Shown: piece after piece, positions 44,353 to 58,643 of the stretch
How the letters are laid out: each line of letters opens with the position of its first letter
How positions within the stretch are numbered: position 1 is the stretch's first letter
Source of the DNA: Eledone cirrhosa
Lineage: Eukaryota
Direction: 5' to 3'
Assembly (NCBI GenBank): GCA_964016885.1
Contig: OZ024742.1
Span: forward strand, 7,688,001 to 7,752,000
Length of the DNA: 64,000 nucleotides
Position numbers and translations under genes: made by a program
The notes under the pieces: model-generated
What the model was told of the DNA's origin: nothing
Seen by the model: the letters and a program-made list of their open reading frames with translations, nothing else
Databases searched by the model: none

Positions 44353-44478
44353 GGATGTGTTCATGCGCAGAGATGCTATAAGATAACTTATAAATAAATA
44401 TATATATATTGATATGACATATATACTACATACATATATATATTTATATACATATATATATATATACATGTACATATG

Positions 44479-44522
<44 letters not shown>

Positions 44523-44728
44523 TATATATATACATCTATATATATACTCTCTTATTTGAAGAACTATTGTAACGCGAACTGGCGCGAAAGTTATTATAAT
44601 TATTGACAAACCAATCAAATTACTTCTCGAAAAACCTGGAATTTCGAGCCACTTTTTCCATATAAAACAAGTAACATTCAGAGACCAACCAGATGTGAGA
44701 AAAACCACAGACCCTCCATCTCAACTCA

Positions 44729-44766
44729 CCTTTTGAAAAGCAGAAGAACTGCGAAACCGGTAAAGG
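44729..44766 (+). ncRNA. Minimal hammerhead with U3-A8 core, all helices paired
   Basis: cctt TTGAAAA GCAG-aagaa-CTGC GAAA CCGG TA aagg. Confidence 0.8.
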
Positions 44767-44838
44767 AACCAAATAAATATATATATTTAAAAAAAAAAAA
44801 ATAAGACTTCAGCTGCATTTTCGATTTCATCTCTTTTT

Positions 44839-45029
<191 letters not shown>

Positions 45030-45030
45030 A

Positions 45031-45062
<32 letters not shown>

Positions 45063-45079
45063 GTCTATATATATATATA

Positions 45080-45136
<57 letters not shown>

Positions 45137-45571
45137 ATATATTGTCATTTAAGTATATATTTACAGAGAGATGGTATAGTTACTCCTGTGATCAGTTGCT
45201 GTTAATAGTTATAGCCTCCCCTTGTTATTTTACCTTTCACTCTATGAAGTCAGACTTCTGAAGTAAATGTTACCCATAATGCCTTGTAGTCGTGCTGCCA
45301 CCTGGTGAGAGTATGCAGATGTCATTACGAAAGTCTCATTCATCTTGTTTTGTGTACTTCAAAAATACTTCAACGCCCATCATTATATCGGAATTACATT
45401 TGCCCTATCTGTATGAGAGCAGGGAATATGTATTTATGTGTATTCTATTCCCATGTATTTCGATTAATATTACTCTCTCTCTCTAAACTATCTATCTATC
45501 TATCTCTTTCTCTCTCTTTATCCCTCTCTCTCTCACTCTCAATTTCTCCCTCCCTCTCTCTCTCTCTTTCC

Positions 45572-45607
<36 letters not shown>

Positions 45608-45942
45608 CTCAATACCTCTCTCTCTCCATCTTTCTCTTTCTTTCTAGCTCTCTCTCTCTCCCCCCCTCTCTCTCTCTCTCCCTCTCTTTTATTCCGCTCT
45701 CCTTTCTCCCTCTTTCACCATCTCTTATTTTTCTTTTCTGAAGAAGAATGTACACACACACACATACACTCAACATATGCACGCACAGACACACATACAC
45801 ACCTATCTGTGTGTGCCTGTGTGTGTGTGTGTGTGTGTGTGTGTACAGAGAGGGAGGCAGACAGAGATAGATGAATAAATTCATACATAGATAAGTCGTT
45901 AGATACATTGATAGATAGATATGTAGTGAGATAGATAGATAC

Positions 45943-48410
45943 ATTTCTTTATTAGCCACAAGGGCACAAAAGAAGGGGACAAATACAAATGGGGAGTTTA
46001 CATACAGGTATATGAAAATAGAACTATTAATACAATAACAAATAACAATTGAAATCCCCAAAAGGGGGAGGTGTTACACAGGGGTTGTACACACCCCGAA
46101 AAAATGTACAACCCTCATCTCCAGGAGCACCAAGAGTGAGTACACCCTTCCTCTCTTCCTCTTTTCCCTCAACCTACAGGCTTATATAGAGAGGAGGCCC
46201 AACCACTCGGGCCATCTTTACAACATTCACCCACCTTTTATAAAATTTGCTGGTGTACATCACCTCTCTCTCCATCCTGATTCTTCTTCCAAAATGATAT
46301 TTGAAAAAACGAATCAGTTGCTCGCCGGAGAGAAAGGTGTCTGACTTCAGCCCTTTTAACCTCGTCCACCATACAACATCTTTCACCATAGCAATAACAC
46401 ATAGGAAAACCGCCTCTCCCTCGTTTTTGAAGGAGGGTGGCGGTTTGATCATGGCAATGGACTCGGTGGTCAACTGGATTGGTCCCACCCGCGACAATAG
46501 TCGTTCTACATAGCCCCACAGGTCGGTTACGCCCGGGCAGTGTACAAATGCGTGTGCGACGGTTTCCTCGACGCGCATGCATCTCGGACAGATCTTTTTC
46601 GAAGGGTCCCTACCCAGGCGCCCGTGTCTGTAGAACTTGTCTCGAACTGGTAAAGCTCCTCGGTAGCACTGCCAGGCCAGGGACTTTTGGAAGTTGTCCA
46701 TTGGTCCCGGGCGGAAGGTCCTAGCGAACAGACTGGCCAGTTCGTCCTCCTCTACGCCTAGAGTTTCTCCGAGCGTGTCGTCGCACTTGCTGCGGACCAA
46801 CCCTCTATAGAATGTCGAAGTGGAGTCACCACTGATCGCCGGGTCCGTTTGCCAGAGGACTGTGAGCGCCTGAGCACATTCGATGTGCCAGTCGCCCATT
46901 TTCCTCGGTCTTTGCTTGACCCAGGACTGCAGCTCGGTTAGCGAGACGAGTCGTGGGGAGGCTCACCTCACGAACAGGGCCCACACCAGTTGTCTGGTGA
47001 AGGATACGTGGAGGTGCCGCAGCCTGAGCGCGTGTTTGACCCTTGAGCAGATGTTGCTGCTGTGCATTGCAGCAATCCAGCTCCTGAACACGGGTCCGAA
47101 GCCTGCCGCCTCGAGCACCGCATCCAGGTAACAATGGTCAACCCTATCGAAAGCCTTAGACTGATCCAAGTTTATCAGGGCCCCACCGAAGCCGGGTTTA
47201 CACCCTACCCTCTCTATGATGTATCGCATGAGGTGGAGGTTGTCTTGTATGGACCTGGTCGGGATTGCGCATGTCTGCGCTTCTCCCACCAGGTTTTCGA
47301 CGACAAGCGCCAGCCTCTTTGCCAGCACCTTAGCCAAAATCTGTAACTCTGTGTTGAGCAGAGTTATGGGCCGGAAGTTGCCTATGTCATCCCTCTTTTT
47401 CTCGTCCTTCCTGACTAACGTGATTACGCCCTTGGTCACAGAACTGAGAATTCTCCCGTTCTGCTGCCAATTGCAGTAGACTGCTTCCAGGAGACCGGAG
47501 AACAAGTCCGGCATTTCTACGGAAAATTCGTAGGGTAGACCGTCGAGACCTGGAGATTTGCGTTTGCTGCATTGGCTCAGCGCGTCCCCTATCTCAGCGG
47601 CCGAAATCGGTCTTTCGCAGAACTTCGCCTCGCTGTCCGAGAGTCGCGGTAGGCCGTCGAGGTATGAACTGAAATCCATAGCCCCTCCCGGCGCGCCACC
47701 GGTTGAGCAAAATGCCGCTGAAAAGCCGCACACATTTGCTTCGGCTCACGTATCACGCGTCCGTCTTGGTCCTTCAAAGACCGAATCGTGGACTTGTTGC
47801 CACTTTTCGCCTCCGTCACTCGGGTCCAGCTAACAGCTTTGGCTCCCTCGTTTCCCAGAGCACGTATTTTGCTTCTGAAAACACAGCCTTCATGCTTTGC
47901 GTCGAAGAACTGGTCCAAAGCCGTTGTCGTCGCTAGCACGCTGGCTACGTTGCCACTCCTAAGTGCCTCTTCTACTTTATCTACCAGTTCTGTTTCGGTC
48001 TTATTTCTATCTAACGCTAATTCTTTACTAAAAACTATCGCGTCTAATCTAACTGCACTCTTGAGAGAGTACCACCATCTGTTGTTGACAATGGCCCCCG
48101 TCAAGTGCTGCTTAACTAAAGTGCTAATCGGTCTACTGTAGGCTTTGCAAGTTCAGCTTCCAGTAGCCTGGTCCCTGTCTATGGGTTTTGTGAAGGTTGA
48201 CTAAGCAGATCACTAATTTGTGATCTGAATAGGCAACCATAAACATTTGTGGACAGCTTAACATGTCCCTATCCTTCTTTCTAACTAGAACCCTATCTAG
48301 GTACAATCTAGATGTTCCGCTACGATTTGTCCACGTCCACAGTGGCACAGTCGGAAAATCTAGTCGATATCTATCGGCCAGGTCAAATCGGCCGATTAAC
48401 TGATTGAGAG
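45943..48410 (-). mobile_element. L1/Tx1-clade LINE, 5'-truncated and internally deleted
   Basis: EN end WTWTN..LDRVLV..SDH..GPGYWKLN (48133-48410). RT KSPGLDGLPYEF, NFRPITLLNTE, LINLDQSKAFDRVDH (to ~47050); the QG..SP and YADD region is missing. CPRC..ETVAHAFVHC Zn finger (46174-46899). 3' UTR aataaagaaa runs into (TATC)n. Confidence 0.92.
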
Positions 48411-48411
48411 T

Positions 48412-49070
48412 GAGATAGATAGATAACTTTCTTTTTATTTGCCACCAGGGCGTCAAAGAGTGGGACAAGTACAGTGGGGGGGGGTGCACAAAAAGGCGTC
48501 CTCAATAAGGAGGAGGCAATAACAAAATATAAAAATATAAGATATATAATATAACAAAAATAAATTGAATAACAAAATCCTCAATAGGGAGGAGGCGCCC
48601 TGGGGCGTCACACCCCCCCCCGAAAAAGTGTGCAACCCTTCTCCTCAGGAGCACAGAGAGAGGGTGCTCCCTTGATATTTCATCTTTCTCACCTACAGTC
48701 TGATGTAGAGTGAAGGCCCATTCACACGAGCCATTCTCGCCACTTAAAATAAATAAACATCTTTCTTTTTATTTGCCACCAGGGCGTCAAAGAATGGACA
48801 AGTACAATGGGGGGAGTTTACATAAAATGGCGTCCTCAATAAGGAGGAGGCAATAACAAAATATAAAAATATAAAAATATAAAATCTAACAAAAATAAAT
48901 TGAATAACAAAATCCTCAATAGGGAGGAGGCGCCTTGGGGGGTCGCACACACCCCCGAAAAAGTGGGCAACCCTTCTCCTTAGGAGTACAGAGAGAGGGT
49001 GCTCACTTGATCTTTTATCTTTCTCACCTTCCGTCTGATGTAGAGTGAAGGGCCATTCACACGGGCCAGT
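48412..49070 (-). mobile_element. Two more L1/Tx1 3' ends in tandem (48412-48745, 48750-49070)
   Basis: Both have the ORF2 end (..GPS/PLYI.L*-like) and a 3' UTR homologous to 45943-46200, ending gtggcaaataaaaagaaag. Confidence 0.85.
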
Positions 49071-49101
49071 CGCGCCACTTTCACCCATCTTTCATAAAAA
49101 C

Positions 49102-49694
49102 GGCATGTTGGTAGAGTACAGATCATTCTATAGTAAAGAATCATCTGTACTCTACCAACATGCTAAAATAGATCATAAGGGTAAATTAGAAAACATAGAA
49201 ATTAAAATAGAATCTACACACAGAAAAGACGCAATGTTTAGACAAATCACAGAGGCAATAAACATAAATGAACTCCAACCAAAATTAAATAGAAAACATG
49301 AATGGAACAGCAACACCACAACTTACAATTAAGGACAAAATGAAAACACACATAGAACAAACAACCAACCAGTAATATGTAAATAAACAAATAAATAAAC
49401 AAATATAAACACACACAGACACCCGGATGTAACACATGCGCAAACTAAGCACACAACACACACAACAAGAAGATAGCGTAGGACAGAACAAAGGAGCGGC
49501 ACAAAAACAAATAAAAGAATCCCCAGTCACTGAAGAGGTCACAGAATGTGTGACGAAAGAACTTTGACAATGTATAAACAATCATCCGATTGTGGAACCA
49601 ATCAACCAACCGGAAATTAATAAATTTATTATAATAAATTGAAGTGAAAGCAACTGGTGCGTGTGATTGTGGCAACATGACCCTCCTAAAGTAT

Positions 49695-49700
<6 letters not shown>
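49102..49700 (+). mobile_element. PLE 3' fragment: 26-bp snap-back, GIY-YIG C-terminus, pseudo-LTR with hammerhead (49526-49568)
   Basis: KESSVLYQHAKIDH..MFRQITEAINI..PKLNRKHEW. HHR: gtca CTGAAGA g gtcac-agaatgt-gtgac GAAA GAAC TT tgac. Confidence 0.88.
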
Positions 49701-49725
<25 letters not shown>

Positions 49726-49849
49726 GTAATAAGACTATTCTTCTATATTTAATACAACTATAAATATGGAGGGTAGTACTAAGTACTAGCCGGTTAACGG
49801 TATGACAAAAGGCTCAATGCAAATTTCCAAGTGTTTTACAGAGCCGTTA

Positions 49850-50388
49850 ACAGAGTGTTAAAACGATCAAATTTTAGTTTAGAACAGAACATTTATTTGT
49901 TGACAATTGTTTCTTCCAGAGGGAAGTCTGGTTTCATCGGAGCATAAGGAATGTCGAAACATGTAATTAAAATCCTAGTCATTCAGAACATTTAGGGTAC
50001 ATAATTGTTATTAGTGTCAAAGGCAACATGTGGAGAGTCAAGTGTTAAAAAGATGTTCTTCTTGAAAGATCACAATTACAGGAAGCACTGGTTGGAAGTG
50101 TAATAGGTATTTTTTGCTTGTTCTTTTTACTTATACCTATTACACTTCCAACCAGTGCTGCCTATAATTGTGTTCTTTCAAGAAGAACATCTTTTTAACT
50201 CCTGACTCTCCACATGATGCCTTTGACACTTATAACAATTATGTACTCTAAATGTTCTAAATGACTAGGATTTTAGTTACATGTTTCGACATTCCTTATG
50301 CTCCGATGAAACCAGACTTCCCACTGGAAGAAACAATTGTCAGGTAATAAATGTTCTAAACTAAAATTTGATCGTTTTAACACTTTGT
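49850..50388. mobile_element. Fold-back insertion with ~255-bp arms and two hammerheads (49898-49944 minus, 50299-50345 plus)
   Basis: tgct CCGATGA aa ccag-acttccc(a/t)-ctgg aa GAAA CAATTG TC a(ac/gg). The arms are diverged inverted copies; helix I is damaged in both. Confidence 0.75.
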
Positions 50389-50669
50389 ATATATATATAT
50401 ATATAAACATATGAATATATATATATATATTTACGGAGGTAAACTTTGTTCCACCATTATGATTTTCTGTTTTTTCTGTTCAAGTTCTAGCTGCCTGATG
50501 AACACATGGCTCTTGCATAAAGGTTATCAACGAAATATATATATAAGAGCAAATTTTAACCTGTTGACCTGTTTACTCCGGAGTAAACAGACCCACTTGC
50601 CCTCTTCGTTGTGTGCTCTACACTGGATACTGAAGTGTCGGTAACTAACCCACACATACACAACAAATG

Positions 50670-50781
<112 letters not shown>

Positions 50782-50859
50782 GTATAGAGATATATATATA
50801 CACACACACACACATATATATCAAATTTAGATAAAGATTTATATATATATATATTATAG

Positions 50860-50955
<96 letters not shown>

Positions 50956-51230
50956 TATTCATTTATTTATCTGTGTATAATATATGTGTGTTATGTATGT
51001 ATATGTATAGGGAGTGTATTTGTTCGGTAGTGCAGATTGGAGATATGCCAACTAATTTCGGTGCCTATTTTATATAAGTAGAAGTACCTATATATATAAG
51101 TAGAAGTACCTATATATATAAGTAGAAGTGGTATTTAATTTGTTGGAAATCCGACAAATATAAATATTATAAAAATATATATAATAAAATAAATATGGTT
51201 TTATAAATATAGTTTCCATTTATTTAATAT

Positions 51231-51267
<37 letters not shown>

Positions 51268-51271
<4 letters not shown>

Positions 51272-52440
51272 CACCCTTGCACCGGCCTCACCACCCGCCG
51301 AACCCTAATTGAGCAGGGAGGCCCCACCTCGCAGGATTATAGCTCCACGGTGGGCCCATATAACCCTCATCATAGTGACCGCTCCGCACACCTGAATGAC
51401 ACCAACCGAGCTCGACCTGAACTGTGCACAACCACGCGATGGACCACGGCGGACACCTACAAGCCCGCAAGAATAGGACCAGGAAGGTCACATGGTATAA
51501 CCCACCGTACTCGGTGGGTGTACCTACCAGCCTGGCTAGAACATTCTTTAGAGTACTGGATAAATGTTTCCCTAGGGCCCACAAGTGCCATAAAATATTC
51601 AACAGGCACACGGTGAAACTTTCCTACACAACCACACGCTCCGTAGCCCTGCACATAGCTGGCATATATAGGAATAGGCTCACTGCCTCTAATACCACCG
51701 TAAACCCCGAAGCCACCCAACAGAACCAGCACGCGGGGCGCACCGGAACCCGGACAGGCCCAACTAGCACACCGGAACCCAACGACACTGTGTCGATTGC
51801 TGAGGCTACCCAGCCAACCCCGAGTAATGGTAACCACGCGGTACATGTGGTGGGGCTTAAGAAGTCCTGTAATTGCAGAGACCCATCACTATGCCCCCTT
51901 AGTAATGAATGCATGACGAAAAACGTAGTCTACAGGTGCAAGGTCACAATCCCTAACTCGGAGCACCACTACATAGGATCCACAGCGACGAGCTTCAAAG
52001 ATCGGTGGTATAACCATCGCCATTCCTTTAACAGAATAGATAAGAGGAAATGTACGGATCTGGAAGCTCAAACTTGAAAAGACCCCGCACTCTCTGGTCT
52101 GGTCCGTAGTTAGAAAGGTTCCCCCAGACAGAGGCGGGTCTGGTATTTGCAACCTTTGTCTTAGTGAGACACTCGAGATTCTTCATGGCGGAACCAAGCT
52201 ATTAAACAGAAGGGCCGACTTATTCGGTGCCTGCAGACACTTAAGTACGGGAACTTTCCTCAAGATATATGGATAAATCCCGGTTACGGCCACCCCCTCA
52301 CCCCTGTTGGTCCCCTACACCCCGTACCAATGACCAATGGACAAAAACATCCATCCATAGTTTGTGGTCACTATGGTGGATGGTCCACCGGATCATCTAC
52401 TGGTTAGGAGTCATCAAAACCACGTTTTATTGAACCTGAT
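51268..52440 (+). mobile_element. Hydra-clade-like PLE 3' fragment related to 3060-5220
   Basis: TWYNPPYS..KIFNRHTVKLSY..CNCRDPSLCPL..VVYRC..YIGSTATSFKDRWYNH; after a deletion HSLVWS..CNLCLSE..LLNRRA..CRH..* (stop 52276). Confidence 0.9.
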
Positions 52441-53154
52441 TTTATATATATATATATAAATGTATCATGTTTATATATGTATATATATATATATATGTAT
52501 ATATTTTATATGTATGTGTATATGTATGAGTATTTTATATATACACACCTGTATGGATTTGTGTGCGTAGATGTGTGTGTGTCTGAGGGGGTAGGTGTGA
52601 GTGTATGTACAAGTCAACCAGCATAAACCTTTTATTTCCAAATTTTCGAAACCATCTAAGTATTGGACTCTAACCATTATATTAAGTATTACCACCCCAC
52701 ATTTTGTATGTGTGGATGTGTGTGTGTGTGTGTCTGTGGAGGTGGATGTGAGTGTACGTGCAAGCCAAGCTACATGAGTCTTTATTTGTAAATTTTCTAC
52801 TCATACCATAATTTTCAGTAGCACCACTACACATCAATTCCTCAAGTTAAGAATGACCTGTAGTATCTATTTCATACTATTAACCTTAATTGAATATATA
52901 TCTGACCAGGAATGCTTTTTGGGAAAATCAGTTATATGGAACTATTGTCATCTTGCCTGACGGTTTGAACTTTACAACACCACCTGCCTCTTTGAGGTCA
53001 AATACCAACCCTACTAGCATCTACAAACTGACCAATGAGAATTAAGACTATTCCTGCTGACAGCATTAAATTATTCCTAACAAGATCATATGTCCCAAGG
53101 CTCTGATACCATCAACACTATAAACACAGAGCTGGCATATCTAAGAACTGACTA

Positions 53155-53210
53155 ACTGCATGATGAGGTCATAGCGATTCAATGGCTATCATCGAAATAT
53201 ATATAGCAGT
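53155..53210 (+). ncRNA. Hammerhead motif (C3A substitution)
   Basis: actgc ATGATGA ggtcatagc..gctatcatc GAAA TATATA TA gcagt, 40 nt before (TA)n. Confidence 0.65.
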
Positions 53211-53251
53211 AAATAAAGGATTATGAGTTCATGCAATTGACTTATGTTTCG

Positions 53252-53288
<37 letters not shown>

Positions 53289-53369
53289 TATTTTCCGTTG
53301 TGTTGTAATATAAATATTACACACAGTAGATTATCAGCTCACGTAGAGTTTGCTCGACGGTTCCAGTTT

Positions 53370-53597
53370 TGCTGGACGCTCAGGGATAGCGATCAAAAGT
53401 TTACCCTAAAATGGGAGAAATTAGCTAAAACCCAAAGCTTTTCCAGGAGCCAAAATTTCTGCAAATTGTGTAATCTTGAGATTTATTACATAATCACACA
53501 CAAGAAGAAACTGCTGAATAACAGAATTGAACGAACATTATTCTGCCGTCACAGAACTAAAACCCTTTTTTCCCACTACAAGCCGAATATTACATAA
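53370..53597 (+). pseudogene. PLE GIY-YIG C-terminal fragment
   Basis: WTLRDSDQKFTLKWE..CKLCNLEIYYII..LLNNRIE..CRHR. Confidence 0.8.
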
Positions 53598-53869
53598 AAG
53601 AGGGACATCCCCCAACTATATAAACCTTAATCTAGTTAGAAAAATATAAAAACAATCTCTTCTCAACATATATTAATAACCTTAAATTACCACACTAACA
53701 ATGGAAAGATATGCTGATGAGAATAGGTGCAAATATGCGATAATGAATGTGTCTAAAAACGTCCATAAGTATGTATATATATGTGAAAATGTATATAAAT
53801 AAGTAAATATATATATATGTTTGATGTGTATAGTTAGATGTAAGTGTATTCATGTATTAAAGTGCTTAT

Positions 53870-53930
<61 letters not shown>

Positions 53931-54496
53931 GTGTATGTATATATGTGTATATAGATGTGTATGTATGTGTATGTGTGTACACATGGACTAGAGTATGTAT
54001 GTATATATGTGTGTGTCTATACGTGTGTATATAAAGATAAGTTGAGTATGAAAATGTATACACATGAGCGCGTATGTATGTACATGAATACATGTGTGTA
54101 TATATATGTGTATGCATGTGTATATATATGTAAGTATGAATATGTGAATTGTGAGTATATGTATTTTGTAGAGGTGTGCAAATATATTTGTGTGTGAATG
54201 CGTGGGTGAAAGGATACGTACACTTGAAAGAAAAATTTAAGTCTGAATGTTAATTAAGTGCAAACACAAAACCAACCACGCATATCTTTACTATCTCTAA
54301 TCCTTCTATAGATTTAGAAAAATAACCAATAATATATTCTATAAAAAATGTCAAAACAACAGATGGGAATCTAATTACTCACTGCCACCAAGAATTCTCA
54401 CTGCTATCGAAAAACCACTCCTTCAACTATTCTTCTAACAACCTCACCCCTCCCTCCTAATATTCTCTATAAATACTAAATAGGTCCTCAGTAATA

Positions 54497-54616
54497 TTAT
54501 TCTGATGAAATGACAGTAAATAATAACATTGAAATATTGAATGTCTGCATAACTAAAAGTTTGTAGATAGCAGCTGTTTTAGGTTATGTAACTGTTATAG
54601 AAACACGTGTCAATAA
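54497..54616 (+). ncRNA. Canonical-core hammerhead with long helix II
   Basis: ttatt CTGATGA a atgacagt...actgttat a GAAA CACGTG TC aataa. Confidence 0.85.
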
Positions 54617-54991
54617 ATTCCTTTCAACTAAACTGTATCCATTCAAATCTTTCTATATATATATATATGTAGATAAATCTACAAAAATATGCGGTAGTGT
54701 CCAATCCTTATGAAGAACTCAACGTAATCCAAATATCATAAAAAGAGAAGATGTATTAAAAAATTTTTTCGATGAAAATCACAGGAAAACAAAGTCAAGA
54801 TAAATTAATAAAAACAATGAATAAAAGCAAATAAACAGTTCCCTATATTAAGAAATTCATCATTTCACGATCGTTTCTAGTATATATATGTGTGTTGGTA
54901 TGTATATCATATAGATCTATGTAAACATTTTTACAAACTATCAGAGGGAATATACATACCTACACATATATATGCTGTCTTCAGAAATAAT

Positions 54992-55174
54992 TGTTTCTAC
55001 GTTAGGCACAAGGCCAGCAATTACCCAGTGTATTACTGGTACTTTATTTTATCGACCCCGTAAGGATGAAAGGCAAAGTTAACCTCGGCGTGATTTGAAC
55101 TCAGAATGGCAAGAGCCGTAACTCTATGCGTCAAAGCATGGCGTCCGACCCTCTACCGATACTGCCAATCCACG
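54992..55174 (-). mobile_element. SINE, near full length
   Basis: Reverse complement of tggattggcagtatcggtagag..gagttcaaatc..gtagaaaca. Confidence 0.9.
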
Positions 55175-57826
55175 TAATGATATTTGTTTATTGAAAAAAC
55201 CCAACAAAGATTTAATATAATAGGTCTGTTTGGGAACAGGTTTTGAATTGACCAATAGAAAAGTAGTAAGTGGTCAAGTTGATAGAATAGTAGTAGTAGA
55301 AATTTAATTTAGGGGTAGAGGAATGCAGACTTCAGTTTTGAATGGAAATAATACTTTGAATCAAAAGATTACTTTGGGGATGAAAAGTGGTCAAGCCGGT
55401 GAAAGTTACACAAAAATGTGATGTTATTAAATAATAATGCTAATGTTAAAATCGAAGGAGAATAAAATTTTAGGATAAATGTGTTAGTGAGAAATACCAA
55501 TCTTATTTAAAACATAAGGAATTTAGATCTATAAAAAGAAATTAAATTAATTTAATTGATAGGTATACTTATAGGGATAACTGTAAATTAATTCATATAG
55601 ATGTGATAAATAAGAGTTAGATGTTATTAAAGAATGTTGTTAAAAACGAAGGAAAAAAAAATTGGGGGGGATAAATGTATTAGTGAGAAATAACAAACTT
55701 ATATAGACTACAAGGAATTTAGATTCATAACAGGAAATTAAAATAGATTATATGTATACTTATAGGTATTAATTTTAGGAAAAGATAGCTTTAAAAGGGA
55801 AATCAAGTAATGAAGTTCTCAGTAGTAAAATACTAATTATAGGTTAACAAATTTTAAAAAACTAATTATAATAATTTGTAAAATATAAGTGTATATTAAT
55901 TATGTTTATAATATTTGAAAGTTCTTCTAATTATATGATTGCACGATATAATTAATTCTTGTCGCTTATTTAATAGCATATCCTTAGATTTCATTATTTC
56001 AAAAAGTTCCTGGGAACATAATCTACACTCATATCTGTTATTTTGATAAGGGGTGGCCCTTTTGAGCACACTCCAGGTCAGGTTATAATCGATATTCTTT
56101 TTTCTATAATTATTAATTATTTCCGCCAAGGATGTTGTATTAACTAATTTTTAAAACTGTGTTTGTGGGTATTAAATCTTACTTTAAATTGGTTAGAAGT
56201 AGCTCCTATATATCAATAAGTGGAGTCCTTAGTGCTAATTTTACATTTATACACTATGTTATTAATAAGGCAATTTCCTTTTAATCGGCAATTTGCTTTG
56301 TTTCTACAGTTACAACCATTCGTGAATATTATATCAGGGGAGTTATTCAAATTAGGTGTGGAATTTACTCGACTTGTTGTATGTGAAGGAGATTGCGGTT
56401 TTCTGCGGTTTATTTTAGTATTATGGTTAGTTTGATGTATTGTTGGTATACTCATGGTTTTTTTACATTTATATGCACAGTAGGCACTTATATTTTGTTG
56501 TATTATGTATATAAATGCCTATAAATGTTTTTAAAAAAACATGAATATACCACCAACACATCAAACTAACCATAATACTAAAATAAACCGTAGCAAACCA
56601 CCATCTCTTTCACATACAACAATTCGAGTAAATTCCACACCTAATTTCACTAACTCCCCTGATATAATATTCACGAATGGTTGTAACTGTAGAAACAAAG
56701 TAAATTGCCCATTAAAAGGAAATTGCATTATTAATAACATATATAAATGTAAAATTAGCACTAAGGACTCCACTTATTCATATATAGGAGCTACTTCTAA
56801 CCAATTTAAAGTAAGATTTAATACCCACAAACATAGTTTTTAAAATGCCGCATTAGCTAATACAACATCCTTGGCTGAAATAATTAATAATTATGGAAAA
56901 AAGAATATCGATTATAACCTGACCTGGAGTGTGCTCAAAACGGCCACCCCTTATCAACATAACAGATATGAGTGTAGATTATGTTCCCAGGAACTTTTTG
57001 AAATAATGAAATCTAAGGATATGCTATTAAATAAGCGATAAGAATTAATTATATCGTGCAATCATAGAATTAGAAGAACTTTCAAATATTATAAACATAA
57101 TTAATATACACTTATATTTTACAAATTATTATTAGTTTTTTTTAATTCAGTTAACCTATAATTAGTATTTTACTACTGAGAACTTCATAATTTTATTTCC
57201 ATTTTACAGATATCTTTTCCTAAAATTAATACCTATAAGTATACATATAAACTATTTTATTTCCTGTTATGAATCTAAATTCCTTGTAGCCTATATAAGT
57301 TTGTTATTTCTCACTAATACATTTATCCCCCAAAAAAATTGTTTTCCTTCGTTTTTAACAACATCTAACTCTTATTTATCACATCTATATGAATTAATTT
57401 AAAGTTATCCCTATAAGTATACCTATCAATTAAATTAATTTAATTTCTTTTTATAGAACTAAATTCCTTATGTTTTAAATAAGATTGGTATTTCTCACTA
57501 ACACATTTATCCTAAAATGTTATTCTCCTTCGATTTTAACATTAGCATTATTATTTAATAACATCAAATTTTCGTGTACCTTTCACCGGCTTGACCTCTT
57601 TTCATCCCCAAAGTAATCTTTTGATTCAAAGTATTCTTTCCATTCAAAACTGAAGTCTGCATTCCTCTACCCCTAAATTAAATTTCTACTACTACTATTC
57701 TATCAATTTGACCACTTACTACTTTTCTATTGGTCAATTCAAAACCTGTTCCCAAACAGACCTATTATATTAAATCTTTGTTGTTTTTTTTTCAATAAAC
57801 AAATATCATTATTTCTGAAGACAGCA

Positions 57827-57948
57827 CATTACGATCTGAATTCAAATCCCACCGCGGTTGACTTTGCCTCTCATCTTTACGGGGTCGATAAAATACAGTA
57901 CCAGTAATGCACTGGGTAATTGCTGGCCTTGTGCCTAAAGTAGAAACA
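57827..57948 (+). mobile_element. SINE, 5'-truncated, with a 19-bp target duplication
   Basis: attatttctgaagacagca at 57808-57826 and 57949-57967. Confidence 0.9.
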
Positions 57949-58133
57949 ATTATTTCTGAAGACAGCATATAGATGTGTAGGTATGTATATTCCCACTGAT
58001 AGTTTGTAAAATGTTTACATAGATCTATATGATATACATACCAACACACATATATATCCTAGAAACGATCGTAAAATGATGAATTTTTAAATATAAGGAA
58101 CTGTTTCTTCGTTTTTATTCATTGTTTTTATTA

Positions 58134-58174
<41 letters not shown>

Positions 58175-58488
58175 ATACCTGTTGACCATGCCTCCTCCAC
58201 ATGTATTCTGAGAGAGTGATTTTCCATAGATCTTTTATGCTGTAGTAGAAACAAAAGTTATAGCTTCACTTTAGTATGAACAACTTTGGTAAATATCCTC
58301 TGAATTTGTGTCTGGATTCTTGAGAAGCAGCAGGGAATCACAGTAGAGATATCGCTACTAGCTCCATGGATATATTTAATAGTCTCATTTCTACGTGACT
58401 CCCGGCTAGTGAGTAAATAGAACAAAAGACAAACAGCATCTATGTTGTGTGCAAAACACACACAAAGGCGCACACAGATACACAGACA

Positions 58489-58643
<155 letters not shown>

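Larger units (their letters stand above)
54800..58139. mobile_element. 3.3-kb head-to-head inverted pair of Hydra-clade-like PLE 3' halves, each with a SINE and a hammerhead
   Basis: 55896-56455 (minus) and 56541-57104 (plus) encode CNCRNK.NC.LKGNC..YKC..YIGATSNQFK.RFNTH..CRLC..E..LLNKR. The 3' UTRs mirror each other. HHRs at 54859-54991 (minus) and 57949-58080 (plus): attattt CTGAAGA..GAAA CGATCG T(A/G) aaatgat. Confidence 0.92.

Noticed and set aside
58179-58240. Possible 61-nt minus-strand coding exon (HKRSMENHSLRIHVEEAWST)
   Set aside because: The acceptor is plausible but the donor (GTATTA) is weak, and no homology or partner exons are visible.
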